A stretch of DNA of 64,000 nt from Octopus sinensis (Eukaryota): assembly GCF_006345805.1 (NCBI RefSeq), contig NC_042999.1, forward strand, positions 165,602,001 to 165,666,000. Direction: 5' to 3'. The notes under the pieces were generated by a model. It was given only the letters and a program-made list of their open reading frames with translations. It was not told where the DNA came from and ran no database searches. The position numbers and the translations under genes were made by a program. This document shows, piece by piece, positions 1 through 11,959 of this stretch (positions are counted from its first letter, which is position 1; each line of letters starts with the position of its first letter).

Positions 1-353
1 GAAATAAGTGCTAGTTGAGTACTGGAGTCTCAATGAAATCGATTTATTCCCTAAATTACTGACCTTGTGCCAAATTTGAAACCAATAATTTGGTTGCTAT
101 GAGAACCAGAAAAGTCAACCATTTTCTGAGAACAATTAACCTTAGCCTTGCATATTAATGAGAGCATTTAACCGTAGGCACATGCATGGCTATGTGGTTA
201 GAAGCTTGCTTTCTCCAACCACATGGCTCCAGGTTCAGTCCCACCATATGGCACCATGGGCAAGTGTCTTCTACTATAGCCTTGGGCTGACCAAAACCTT
301 ATGAGTAGATTTAGTGTATGGAAACTGAAAGAAGCCTGTCCTATATACAATAT

Positions 354-405
<52 letters not shown>

Positions 406-730
406 ACTATATGAGCAGCCACACATTATAGACTTACACACCCACACACGTCAAAGTCAGTAGCCCCTATTCACACACACACCATTCGCACATACACACA
501 CATGCATGTGCATCTTCATTTGGGATCACCAGCACTTTATTATCTCCCTTCTTCTTCTAACCTCTTCTTTCAAACTTTGTTTCTAATCATTCACCACGCT
601 TGGCTGCTAAGGCTACAGGGGTTTTTTTTTCATTCTCTCTCTGTTTATTTTCTCTTATTCCTTTCAAACTAAAACACTGACTTTGTCTTGTTTTTCTATA
701 AATTTCAACTATATATACACACACACACAC
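1..730 (+). repeat. Copy A of a near-identical direct duplication (copy B at 2961-3680); extends off the left edge
   Basis: Sequence from base 1 (gaaataagtgctagttgagt...) recurs at 2961. The copies differ only by small indels and microsatellite length until the (CA)n tract. Confidence 0.95.
177..345 (+). mobile_element. tRNA-derived SINE family A, 5' half
   Basis: A-box-like tggctatgtggt and B-box-like ggttcagtccc, then ggcaccatgggcaagtgtcttctactatagcc...gaaactgaaagaagcc, ending in (TA)n. Confidence 0.85.
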
Positions 731-732
731 AC

Positions 733-769
<37 letters not shown>

Positions 770-771
<2 letters not shown>

Positions 772-990
772 AATCCAAAAGGGAAACAAAAAACAACAAC
801 AACAGGAACAATTACAGTATTATTATTAATAGGCGCTCAGGAGATGGAAGCAGGGAGGTATGACGTTTCGAGCGGAGCTCTTCGTCGGAAACATAAAGAA
901 GGAAGAGAGAGGAAAGAAAGATCCCAGAGCGGGCAACAGGGAAAGAGAAAAAAGACGACTGGTGTTTACGGGTTGCACATGGTGAAAGCA
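770..990 (-). mobile_element. Probable Penelope-like element terminal (pLTR) remnant between two (TA)n tracts
   Basis: CpG-containing island in TA repeats carrying a minimal hammerhead-like motif, a feature typical of PLE termini. Confidence 0.45.
851..900 (-). ncRNA. Degenerate minimal type-I hammerhead ribozyme-like motif
   Basis: Minus strand reads ttt-CCGACGA-a-GAGC-tcc-GCTC-GAAACGTC-atac. It has a core-like CnGAnGA, a 4-bp stem II, GAAA and a palindromic ACGT stem III. U4 is replaced by C and stem I is imperfect. Confidence 0.45.
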
Positions 991-1009
991 TATATATATA
1001 TATATATAT

Positions 1010-1152
1010 GACAGGTTTCTTTCAGTTTTTGTTCCCATATCCACTCAGAAAGCCTTGGTCACCCTAGAGCTATAAAAAGACACTTGGCACAGAGTTGGAT
1101 TGAACCTGAACCACATGTTTGGAAGGAAACTTCTTAGCACACAGTCATGCCT
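1010..1152 (-). mobile_element. SINE family A, 5' half, decayed
   Basis: Reverse-complement homology to 177-345. Confidence 0.75.
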
Positions 1153-1218
1153 ACACTCACAGTGGGAATGGTTAACCCAGAAGAGTTATTGAATATCAGT
1201 AATTTAGTTGCTATTTAA

Positions 1219-3045
1219 GGTGGCAAGCTGGCAGAATTGTTAGCAGGCTGGGCAAGACGCTTATTGGCATTTTGTCCTTTGTTAGCAGGCTGGGCAAGAC
1301 GCTTATTGGCATTTTGTCCCTTTGTTAGCAGGCTGGGCAAGACGCTTATGGCATTTTGTCCCTTTGTTAGCAGGCTGGGCAAGACGCTTATTGGCATTTT
1401 GTCCCTTGTTAGCAGGCTGGGCAAGACGCTTATTGGCATTTTGTCCCTTTGTTAGCAGGCTGGGCAAGACGCTTATTGGCATTTTGTCCCTTTGTTAGCA
1501 GGCTGGGCAAGACGCTTATTGGCATTTTGTCCCTTTGTTAGCAGGTGGGCAAGACGCTTATTGGCATTTTGTCCCTTTGTTAGCAGGCTGGGCAAGACGC
1601 TTATTGGCATTTTGTCCCTTTGTAGCAGGCTGGGCAAGACGCTTATTGGCATTTTGTCCCTTTGTTAGCAGGCTGGGCAAGACGCTTATTGGCATTTTGT
1701 CCCTTTGTTAGCAGGCTGGGCAAGACGCTTATTGGCATTTTGTCCCTTTGTTAGCAGGCTGGGCAAGACGCTTATTGGCATTTTGTCCCTTTGTTAGCAG
1801 GCTGGGCAAGACGCTTATTGGCATTTTGTCCCTTGTTAGCAGGCTGGGCAAGACGCTTATTGGCATTTTGTCCCTTTGTTAGCAGGCTGGGCAAGACGCT
1901 TATTGGCATTTTGTCCCTTTGTTAGCAGGCTGGGCAAGACGCTTATTGGCATTTTGTCCCTTTGTTAGCAGGCTGGGCAAGACGCTTATTGGCATTTTGT
2001 CCCTTTGTTAGCAGGCTGGGCAAGACGCTTATTGGCATTTTGTCCCTTTGTAGCAGGCTGGGCAAGACGCTTATTGGCATTTTGTCCCTTTGTTAGCAGG
2101 CTGGGCAAGACGCTTATTGGCATTTTGTCCTTTGTTAGCAGGCTGGGCAAGACGCTTATTGGCATTTTGTCCCTTTGTTAGCAGGCTGGGCAAGACGCTT
2201 ATTGGCATTTTGTCCCTTTGTTAGCAGGCTGGGCAAGACGCTTATTGGCATTTTGTCCCTTGTTAGCAGGCTGGGCAAGACGCTTATTGGCATTTTGTCC
2301 CTTGTTAGCAGGCTGGGCAAGACGCTTATTGGCATTTTGTCCCTTTGTTAGCAGGCTGGGCAAGACGCTTATTGGCATTTTGTCCCTTTGTTAGCAGGCT
2401 GGGCAAGACGCTTATTGGCATTTTGTCCCTTTGTTAGCAGGCTGGGCAAGACGCTTATGGCATTTTGTCCCTTGTTAGCAGGCTGGGCAAGACGCTTATT
2501 GGCATTTTGTCCCTTTGTTAGCAGGCTGGGCAAGACGCTTATTGGCATTTTGTCCTTTGTTAGCAGGCTGGGCAAGACGCTTATTGGCATTTTGTCCCTT
2601 TGTTAGCAGGCTGGGCAAGACGCTTATTGGCATTTTGTCCCTTTGTTAGCAGGCTGGGCAAGACGCTTATTGGCATTTTGTCCCTTGTTAGCAGGGGGCA
2701 AGACGCTTATTGGCATTTTGTCCCTTTGTTAGCAGGCTGGGCAAGACGCTTATTGGCATTTTGTCCCTTTGTTAGCAGGCTGGGCAAGACGCTTATTGGC
2801 ATTTTGTCCCTTTGTTAGCAGGCTGGGCAAGACGCTTATTGGCATTTTGTCCCTTTGTTAGCAGGCTGGGCAAGACGCTTATTGGCATTTTGTCCCTTTG
2901 TACAATCTGAGTACAAACTACATCAAGGTTGTCTTTGCTTTTCATTCTTTCGAGTTTGATGAAATAAGTGCTAGTTGAGTACTGGAGTCTCAATGAAATC
3001 GATTTATTCCCTAAATTACTGACCTTGTGCCAAATTTGAAACCAA
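1219..3045 (+). mobile_element. SINE family B (ggcggtgagctggcagaa head) inflated by an internal tandem array; TSD-bounded
   Basis: Head ggtggcaagctggcagaa at 1219. The SINE body resumes at 2901 and ends ...ccttgtgccaaatttgaaacc. TSD taattt(a/g)gttgctat at 1200-1214 and 3046-3060. Confidence 0.85.
1237..2900 (+). repeat. Tandem array of a 43-bp unit (ttgttagcaggctgggcaagacgcttattggcattttgtccct), ~39 copies
   Basis: Directly visible. Units differ almost only by single-base deletions and there are no spacers. Confidence 0.98.
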
Positions 3046-3306
3046 TAATTTGGTTGCTATGAGAACCAGAAAAGTCAACCATTTTCTGAGAACAATTAAC
3101 CTTAGCCTTGCATATTAATGAGAGCATTTAACCGTAGGCACATGCATGGCTATGTGGTTAGAAGCTTGCTTTCTCCAACCACATGGCTCCAGGTTCAGTC
3201 CCACCATATGGCACCATGGGCAAGTGTCTTCTACTATAGCCTTGGGCTGACCAAAACCTTATGAGTAGATTTAGTGTATGGAAACTGAAAGAAGCCTGTC
3301 CTATAT

Positions 3307-3348
<42 letters not shown>

Positions 3349-3680
3349 ACTATATGAGCAGCCACACATTATAGACTTACACACCCACACACGTCAAAGT
3401 CAGTAGCCCCTATTCACACACACACCATTCGCACATACACACACATGCATGTGCATCTTCATTTGGGATCACCAGCACTTTATTATCTCCCTTTCTTCTT
3501 CTAACCTCTTCTTTCAAACTTTGTTTCTAATCATTCACCACGCTTGGCTGCTAAGGCTACAGGGGTTTTTTTTCATTCTCTCTCTGTTTATTTTCTCTTA
3601 TTCCTTTCAAACTAAAACACCTGACTTTGTCTTGTTTTTCTATAAATTTCAACTATATATACACACACACACACACACAC
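2961..3680 (+). repeat. Copy B of the direct duplication (offset 2960 bp)
   Basis: Near-identical to 1-730. Confidence 0.95.
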
Positions 3681-4190
3681 ACGCACATACGCACATCCCT
3701 GTAACTTAGCAGTTCGGCAAAAGATATTGATAGAATAATTATTAGGCTTTAAAAAAAAATAGGTTCTGATGTCAATTTGTTTCACTAAAACCCTTCAAGG
3801 CAGTGCCTCAATATGGCCACAGTCAAATGACTGAAACAAGTAAAAGATAAAAGATATTATAGCAGAGGTATTTAGTGAAAGAGGAGTCCACACTCAGTAG
3901 CTTATATAATAAATACATATAAGTCTGATACTGCTTACTTTTCACTTTAAAATATATTTTGTCTGCTTTATTAATACTCATTCTTGAACAAAGAAAATCA
4001 TTTCAGAGAAGAAAATTAATAAATCGTTTTTGATTACATAAAATTAGAAATAGTCAGTAGATAATTAGTATTAGTTTGTTCATTTATTTTTGTGCATGAG
4101 GAAGAAATTTCACTAGTCGCTCTCCATATCTCTCTCGTTCTCTTATTCTTTCTCTCATTCTTTCTCTGTCTGTCTCTGTCTCTCTTTCTT

Positions 4191-4223
<33 letters not shown>

Positions 4224-4816
4224 GACATGCACATACACAAATACACACAATGCAACACATTAATATGACTTTGAACATGACTGTTGTGTGATAACTTTTA
4301 AATTCTTTTACATTGTATGTTCAAATCTGCCAGGGTCACTTTGTCTTTCATCCTCCCAAGGTCAATGGAATGATCAGCTAAGTTAAATACAAAAAGTGGT
4401 GGCTGTCTGCTAGTTAATAATCTTTTTTGCAGCTATTAATGAGTAACCTGGATCATATTATAATTGAGCAGACTTATAAGGAATGAGGCTGGCAGTGGCA
4501 TGCAAAAAGCATGCAATAGGTTTAGTACTCTTGATATGCAATTATAAACTAACTAGCCTATTCATAAATTTAAATCAAACTACTTGTATGATAGGTATTT
4601 TATAGTGAGCACACAGTTATAAGATTTAGAGATGAAAATATATAATTCTCTTTAAAAGAGTGCATTTACAGACTGAACTATTACATACAAAATTCCTCCC
4701 TCACTCAACATTGTTATTTATCCTGTGCATAGTTATGGGCTGCCTTTTGGCAAGGCATAGCACCTATTCAGCCACCCTTCCCAGGATGTGGTAAAGTCAT
4801 GGGACTGCAACATAGT

Positions 4817-5075
4817 GAATTGGGAAGAGATAGCAGAAGAGCTCAACTGATCCAATTGTGTTTCTTACATTGATTCTGAGCAGAGGAATCCGAGATGATC
4901 AACAGTCAAGATCACCAAACACTATCAAGAGAGCAACTGCAATGCATCCCTAGGAATGGCATCCATGGTTGTGTAATCAGCTAATGAAAGATTCATTATG
5001 ACTCAATCAAGCTCCCAATTCAAATTCATAATAATGAAACTGGATGGTGACAGAGAGTCATGGGAATCCTCGAAA
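4817..5075 (+). repeat. Unclassified dispersed repeat; inverted homolog at 44325-44580
   Basis: Alignable over ~260 bp, with a 30-bp identical core gttgtgtaatcagctaatgaaagattcatt. Confidence 0.8.
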
Positions 5076-5234
5076 GCAACAGAAAAAGAAAGGTCAAGTG
5101 GAAATTCAGATGTTCAGTGTCATCACCATAGCATGATAAATTATCCTAGTCAGGATATATTTATTACTTTTCTACTTTAGTGTTAATGCCTTCTTTCAGC
5201 CACTGTGAATTTTAACAATAATGTTCTTCTCCCT

Positions 5235-5480
5235 CATTCATCATCATCATCATCATCATCATCGTTTAATTCTGTTTTCCATGCTAGCAGCATGGTCTGG
5301 ATAGTTTGAGAGGATCAAGTGAGCCACAGGGCTGCATTGTAATTCATGTCAGTTTTAGTAAGGTTTCTACACCTGGATGCTTTTCCTAATACCAGCCACT
5401 TTACAGAGTGTACTGGGTACTTTTTTTTTTTTGTGCCACCAGCACTAGTGATGGTGTGGGCGAGGAGGTTGCCAAGTAAC
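5235..5480 (-). mobile_element. RTE-type 3' tail / RTE-tailed SINE fragment
   Basis: (cat)n tail followed by tttccatgctagca...ctggatgcttttcctaa, the reverse complement of the RTE tail at 60850-61024. Confidence 0.7.
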
Positions 5481-6356
5481 TTGCAAGATAGGAAAGAACA
5501 AAAAAAGGGAAAATTTCTTACAATTAAGTATGGGGTTAGGGTTGAGAGAGTGGAAGGGTGATTTTATGCCAAGGATAAGCAATGTTTTGCTATAGAGAAG
5601 ATATATGGCTACCCGACATTTATATAAGGGTGGGCGAGAGTATCTTGGGAGATGGTGGAGTGCCAGAGCAAAACCTTTGAGAAGCAAGAGAACAAGTAGT
5701 GGGTAGCAAGAAATAATACGGCCATTCATAATTGTACTTATATGCAAATTTTGGAAATGAGAAATAAATATTTAAAAGTATTATATGGAAATATAGTATG
5801 CTCTTCACTCTTCAATAATGATTCTTCAACATAAGAAAAATAAACCTACAAGTAATTGTCTGCCTTTAAAGTATCACTCTCTACCCTTAAAAAGCAGTCC
5901 CCAGTAAACCACATGTGTTTTAAATATTGATTTTAGAATTTGTGGAATTCTGGATTAGTGGTGTGTAATTAATACACCCTTGATAAAGCTTAGGTTTTAA
6001 TCCGTTTGTTTGGCATCTATTTGTTACTTTTTAAACATAAATAAATTTATAACATATAAAGTAAAGCTAAAAAGGTGTTTTTATATTTTTGGAACTCTGC
6101 AGGTACATGTGTGTGTGCTTAAATATAAAGACAATTCATTTAGGTATTAAATTATTGATGCATATCTAAATCATAACAGGTCACACTGTTTTTATAAATA
6201 TAAGACTCGTTAGCAATAACCAAAACGATATAATTGCCTTCAACTTATGAAAAATGCTGTAATTGATGTCTTACTGATTCATTTTAATATATTCTGAGTT
6301 TTAATAAAATATTTTGTTTCAGTCGAACAATATTTTGAATAATATTTTCTGGCCTG

Positions 6357-6571
6357 AGGCGGGGGGAGCTGACAGAAGCATTAGCAGACCAGGTGAAATG
6401 CTTAGCAGTGTTTTGTCTGTCTTTACATTCTGAGTACAAATTCAGCCAAGGCCAACTTTGCCTTTCGTCCTTTCGGGGCCGATAAATTAAGTACCAGTTG
6501 TATACTGGGGTCAATCTAATCGACTGGACCCCTGCCCCAAAATTTTGGGCCTTGTGCCTAGAGTAGAAAAG
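6357..6571 (+). mobile_element. Full-length SINE family B with 16-bp TSD
   Basis: TSD aatattttctggcctg at 6341-6356 and 6572-6587. Central ctttgcctttcgtcctttcggggccgataaattaagtaccag domain. Confidence 0.92.
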
Positions 6572-7204
6572 AATATTTTCTGGCCTGTGGACAATACAGG
6601 TAATAGAGAATACTTTTGCTGAATATTGGTGGATTTTTTTCTGTACACATAAAAAGAGATTCTTTCTGGTGTTTGAAAAGCTTCTTAGAAACAGTAAAGA
6701 CAGATTTCATATTTCAAGAGGCTGAACCTCACAAGAAAGATGACAAAAAATTGTAACAAAATGTAAAATTGTTGGAAAAAAACCCATGAATAGGAAACAA
6801 AAGAACAGTTGTAAAAAGTTATGATGTTGATGATGATGATGATGGCATTGATCGGGAGTTTGATCTGTTTGGTACCTATATTGGATCCCTCATTAACTAT
6901 GTTCATATTAGGTCTCTCTGCCACCAACTATCATGTTACTATCAACTACTATCTTCAATTACACTTTCATCTATTACTCACTACCAAACACACACACTCA
7001 CACACACACACTCACACATGCTTTCTCTCTTTTTCCTTCTTTTTCTCTTTCTTTACTTCCAATACCTCCTCTTTCACCACCTTGGTTCCCTCCTCCTATC
7101 ACTCTCTTTTATCATCTTTATTACCATCTGCATTAACCCCTTTCATTCTGACACTTTCTATCCCCATCTCTCTTTCTTCTAACTCCTCTTCTCCCTTTCA
7201 TCCA

Positions 7205-7207
<3 letters not shown>

Positions 7208-7260
<53 letters not shown>
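7208..7260. repeat. (CT)n microsatellite
   Basis: Direct. Confidence 0.98.
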
Positions 7261-7263
<3 letters not shown>

Positions 7264-7789
7264 CCTATCAGTATGTTTCTCTTCTCTCACTCTTTCCCCA
7301 GTCCGTCACCTATGTGACAAAAGACAGCAATGCACCAGTGACACAGTTAAACCAGTGACATAATAGAAAAGGCATCCAGCCATAGAAACCATTCCAAAAA
7401 TAGAACATATGAGCAAGGTAGTCTTTTTCAACCAACGGAAGAACGAACTCCAGTTTTCTAAAATAGATAAGTAGAGATTAAGACAAAATAGTCATATGGT
7501 GGACCTGTCCAACCCATACAAACATGGAAAATGTATAAAACATGATGATGATGGAATGGTAGTATATAGAGAAAGGTATGATTGCGAGGAAGAAGTTTGC
7601 TTCACTATTTCATGGTTTTGGCTTCTGCCACTCTGTACAGCACCTGAGGTAAATATCTTCTAATATAGCCCTGGGCCAACAAATATCTTGTGAATGAATT
7701 CGGTTGATGTAAACTCTGTGGAAGCCCCTTATGTGTGTGTGACTCTTTATTTGCCTCTCCACCTTTCCACCGAGTAGCAATTGTTGTTT

Positions 7790-8070
7790 AGTTTATTCTT
7801 TTATTTGTTTCAGTCATTTGACCGCTACCATGCTGGAGCACCACCTTAAAAGATTTTTAAATTGAAGAAATCAACCCCAGGACTTATTTTTGTAAGCCCT
7901 GTACTTATTCCAACTGTTTCCTTTCCCAAACCGCTAAGTTATGGGGACATAAACACACCAGCATATAAATACATACATACACACATACATACATACATAC
8001 ATACATACATACATACATACATACATACATACATACACACATACATACATACATACATACATACATACAT

Positions 8071-8118
<48 letters not shown>

Positions 8119-8240
8119 GCACACATTATATATATATATATATATATGATGAGCTTCTTTCAGTTTCTGCCTACGAAATCCACTCACCTGGAACCATGTG
8201 GATGGGCAGCAATCTTCTTACCTCACAGCCACACCTGCGC
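7790..8240 (-). mobile_element. SINE family A with expanded internal (TACA)n/(CA)n/(TA)n
   Basis: Tail ttttatttgtttcagtcatttgaccgctaccatgctggagcacc, central microsatellite at 7966-8146, head remnant at 8150-8240. Confidence 0.85.
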
Positions 8241-9133
8241 CTGTCTGTTTATGTTCTTGTAACTTAGAAGTTCAACAAAAGAGAAAAAAACTGAATAAGT
8301 ACCAGACTTAAAACTATGTCCTGGAGTCAGTTTGTTCAACTAAACCCTTCAAGATGATGCCCCACCCATCATAGCCATGGTTCAATGACTGAAACAAGTA
8401 AAAGAATAGCATGTGTGTGTGTGAGAGAGAGAGAGGGAGAGGCAGAAGGCAAAGAGAAACTTCCCACAGCTGTTACTTCTAAAATCTGTGTGGGTATGCA
8501 CACACTTGACAGATGCTAATCCATGCAGTGATTGTGTATGTAGGTAATACCTGTGCATTTCTTTGCTGGGGAGTGTGATGCTCTTAAGATGGCTTCAGAT
8601 ATGAGGGAATATTTCTATTCATACTCCAAAGTTTCAAATCTTAACTGCCAAATTCTAATAACTTTTTTGAAGATTATCAATTCTTCTGAACCAAAGTAAA
8701 ATTACAAGTGGATGTTTATATTGTTTGTCTTATTAACTGTATATAGTTTACTGTGTCTATAAATCATACATTTCCTTTATTTATTGTTTTCAAATTTTGG
8801 CACAAGGCCAGCAAGTTCAAGGCAGGGGGTTAAGTCAATTACATTAACCCTAGAGTTCAACTGGTACGTATTTTACAGAACGTAAAGACAGAAAAAATGC
8901 TGTTAAGCATTTTGCCCAGCCTGCCAATAGTTTTACCACCTCACTGCCTTATTTCTTTTATTTATTTATATAGTAAATCTTGTGAACAATTAGACTGCTA
9001 CTGTTGAGTTTAGAGTTCCACATAGAGAGTATCATCATCCAATCTGCTTTCAGTGTAGTACTTTGGCTAGTACTATACTTAGTAGTATTACTGGTTATGA
9101 TATACAGAGCAGGTGTTGGAGGAGATCTTGTGA

Positions 9134-9768
9134 TAAACACAAGTTTATATCATTTGTTCCCTATGCTGGGCCCTCTTAGCAGCATTGTAACCATCCCACC
9201 CCCTGATAAATGGATGCACTGGGCTCTATTTATTTATTTATTGGTCTCAAATTTAGGTACAAGACCAACAAGTTCAGGGGAGGAAGTAAGTCAATTACAT
9301 CAGCACCAATGCTCAACTGGAACTTATTTTATCTACCCCCAAAAGGATGAAAGGCAAAGTTGACCTCAATGGAATTTGAACTCAGAACATAAAGATGAAC
9401 AAAATGCTACTAAGCATTTTGCCTGGCAAGCAAACGATTCTGCCAGCTCACCACCATGTTGCATTTATTTATTGACAGCAAGCAACAACATACATACATT
9501 AGAATCTGGCCCCCAGATATGTAAGGCCCCTGGGCATTTGCCCAGTGTACCCATGCCTTAAGATAGCCCTGTCTCCACATATACTTAACTATTGTGATTC
9601 TTTGAAACTCTGCATTGGATGTTCCAAGTGCAGTTAGATGCAAATCATCGGAGGAACACTTAACTGCATTATGCTGCAGAAACATTAGCATCCATTTGCA
9701 CTTGGAACGGCTGAAGCAACCACAATGGTGCAACATACATAAGAAGAAATGATATAAACTTGTGTTTA
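9134..9768. mobile_element. Candidate MITE with 22-bp terminal inverted repeats and a nested SINE family B (~9240-9450, minus)
   Basis: taaacacaagtttatatcattt (9134-9155) is the exact reverse complement of 9747-9768. No clear TSD. Confidence 0.4.
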
Positions 9769-9919
9769 CCATACTTTCACCTGTAAATATAGTAAATTAT
9801 GGCTTGGCAAATTCTTAAATGATGAGATCAATAATTTGTTCATTCTGAGCAACAAAGAAACATTTTATTCACTTCACTTTATAAAAGTTGGATCATTTAC
9901 TTTAATGTTTTTTCAAGCT

Positions 9920-10295
9920 GGCACAGGCATTAACTGTGTGGTTACGAAACTTGCCTCACATTTACATGGTTTGAGGTTCAGTCCCCAGCATGGCACCTTG
10001 GGCCAGTGTCTTATGCTATAGTCCCAGGTTGATCAATGCCTTGTGAGTGAATTTGGTAGATGGAAACTGTGCTGAAGCCTGCCATGCACATATATATTTG
10101 GGTGTGTGTCTTTGTGTTGTCTCCATACCATATGAAAGATGGAGTTGCTTTGTTTATGTCCTAATAACTTAGTATTTCAGCAAAAGAGACCAATAGAGAC
10201 CAGACCTTAAAAAAAATAAGTATTGGGGTTAATTTGTTCAACTAAACCCTTTGAGGCAATCACTATCATGGCCACAATAAAATTACTGAAACAAG
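9920..10295 (+). mobile_element. SINE family A, near full length, decayed
   Basis: Head ggcacaggcat...ggttcagtcccc; tail ...tactgaaacaagtaaaagat. Confidence 0.8.
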
Positions 10296-11959
10296 TAAAA
10301 GATTTTAAAAATAAAGCATTTGAGCCTGACCTACTGCAAATAGCAGCTAAATCTCTTTCAAATCACATCCTAATGTCTAAGAAAAAGACAGATTAGATAA
10401 TGCAGTCCTGAGATCTCTGCACCTAGGGAAAAAGATAGGTTGTTCATGGCTGGAATGCTTTTGATTATAAGTCAGCTTAATCAGGGCTGACCTGGGGCTA
10501 AACAACAGTAACTGATAGTATTCAGAACAAAGATATTTCATTGAGAAAAACATCCAACCCCCTTCACCAACAACCTTCAGGTTTTGGCTTACTCTCAAAA
10601 TATTCTACCCCTGCTTCTTCTGACATTGCTTCAATGGGCTCTGCTTCTCAAAAGTTGCTGGCTCTATTCCAACACTACTAACTTCTCATGCCTATCTCAC
10701 TACTATCGTTCTTCCCTAGATAGTGTTATAACAGAGAACCTTGTTTTCTCTGTCAAATATAGATATCCAGTCATAAAACACAATTTTACCGTACTCATAC
10801 ATGCATAATTCATTCATACATACCACACACACACACATTTTGTTTTTTTTTTTGTATCATTATTTCCTGGATTCTCCCCTCCTTTTTTTTCACATTGACT
10901 TTTGTCATAGCTTTAATTTTTACTGACCACTCTTAGTAATAAATACTTCATTTACATGAACTAAGGTGTGTCCTGTGAAGTACATGTGATTCTATTTTTG
11001 ACTTGCTCTTGTACATATACATGTGTGTGTATGCATGTTTAGTGACTGTTTAAATAATGGAGAAATAAAGTGTGCCTCCAGGCAGGTTCAAAAAGCCCAG
11101 ACACTTCTTGGAAGTGTCAATACTGCTCAACAGTGCTGGAGGGTGCATAATAGTCAGAAGCATTGTTGTTTAATCCCAAATCAGACCAATAATGAAAATC
11201 ATTCCAGACCTGACCATCCTCTTTGTTTTCCTGTATGCAGGGATCCCAACACTACATTATCCAATCAGTCCTTATATGCTGAAGGTATTATGACCTCTAG
11301 TACAAACTATATGCATAACTGTAAAAAGCTATATGTATCATAATAAAAACTCACATATCTTTATCTCTGGGTGCTACAAATTTCCAACTCTCTAAATACT
11401 ATTGTCATCAATGTTCATGATTATCTTTGTCATTAATATCTTTAAGTGTGAGTCATTGCGGGGTCATTTGTAGTTCTTTTATAACCTAGTAGAAAAGGCA
11501 GCCAAATTGCCCTCAAACCATACCCTGTTGACTTAGAAAATAAAGAATACATAAGGCACTGTAGTTCGAGGTAAACTTTGCTAACAAAAAATATAGGGTT
11601 GTCATGGTTGAATTCTTGAGAACAGAAACAACAGTAGCCACAAAAACTGAGAAAGCTACAATCAACTCATTTGCAAACCTCTCAATTACACAGTTCTCTA
11701 AAGATTACCATCAAAGAGTTGATGGACTCCAATAGATAAAAATTTTGCATCATGTGATGGCCTTGATGAGGTAACGATATCCAAAACCTCATGAAGAAGA
11801 CTTCAGGTAAGAACCACAGTGGAAGTGTGCCACTCCTTCAGGAAACTTCTTCTATATGATGTAGAGAATTTTTTAAATATGAGACAGAGATTCGAAAACA
11901 CAAGACCAGAGTAAGTGACTTTCTACACCACTTTTGTTTTTTGTTTCCTTCTTCTACTT

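Noticed and set aside
1237-2900. Regular short repeats resembling a CRISPR array, and the 66-74 aa ORFs across them
   Set aside because: Units are contiguous with no unique spacers, there are no cas genes, and the unit derives from a SINE. The ORFs are repeat read-through.
6821-7363. 180-aa hydrophobic ORF
   Set aside because: Built from (GAT)n, (CA)n and (CT)n low-complexity tracts; no domain signal.
7862-8187. HTYI/MYVC-type ORFs (also 23882-24302, 25895-26240, 35043-35312, 58878-59184)
   Set aside because: Translations of microsatellites.
9004-9363. 119-aa ORF with a transmembrane-looking stretch
   Set aside because: Runs into a SINE and a candidate MITE; no recognisable family motif or splice support.
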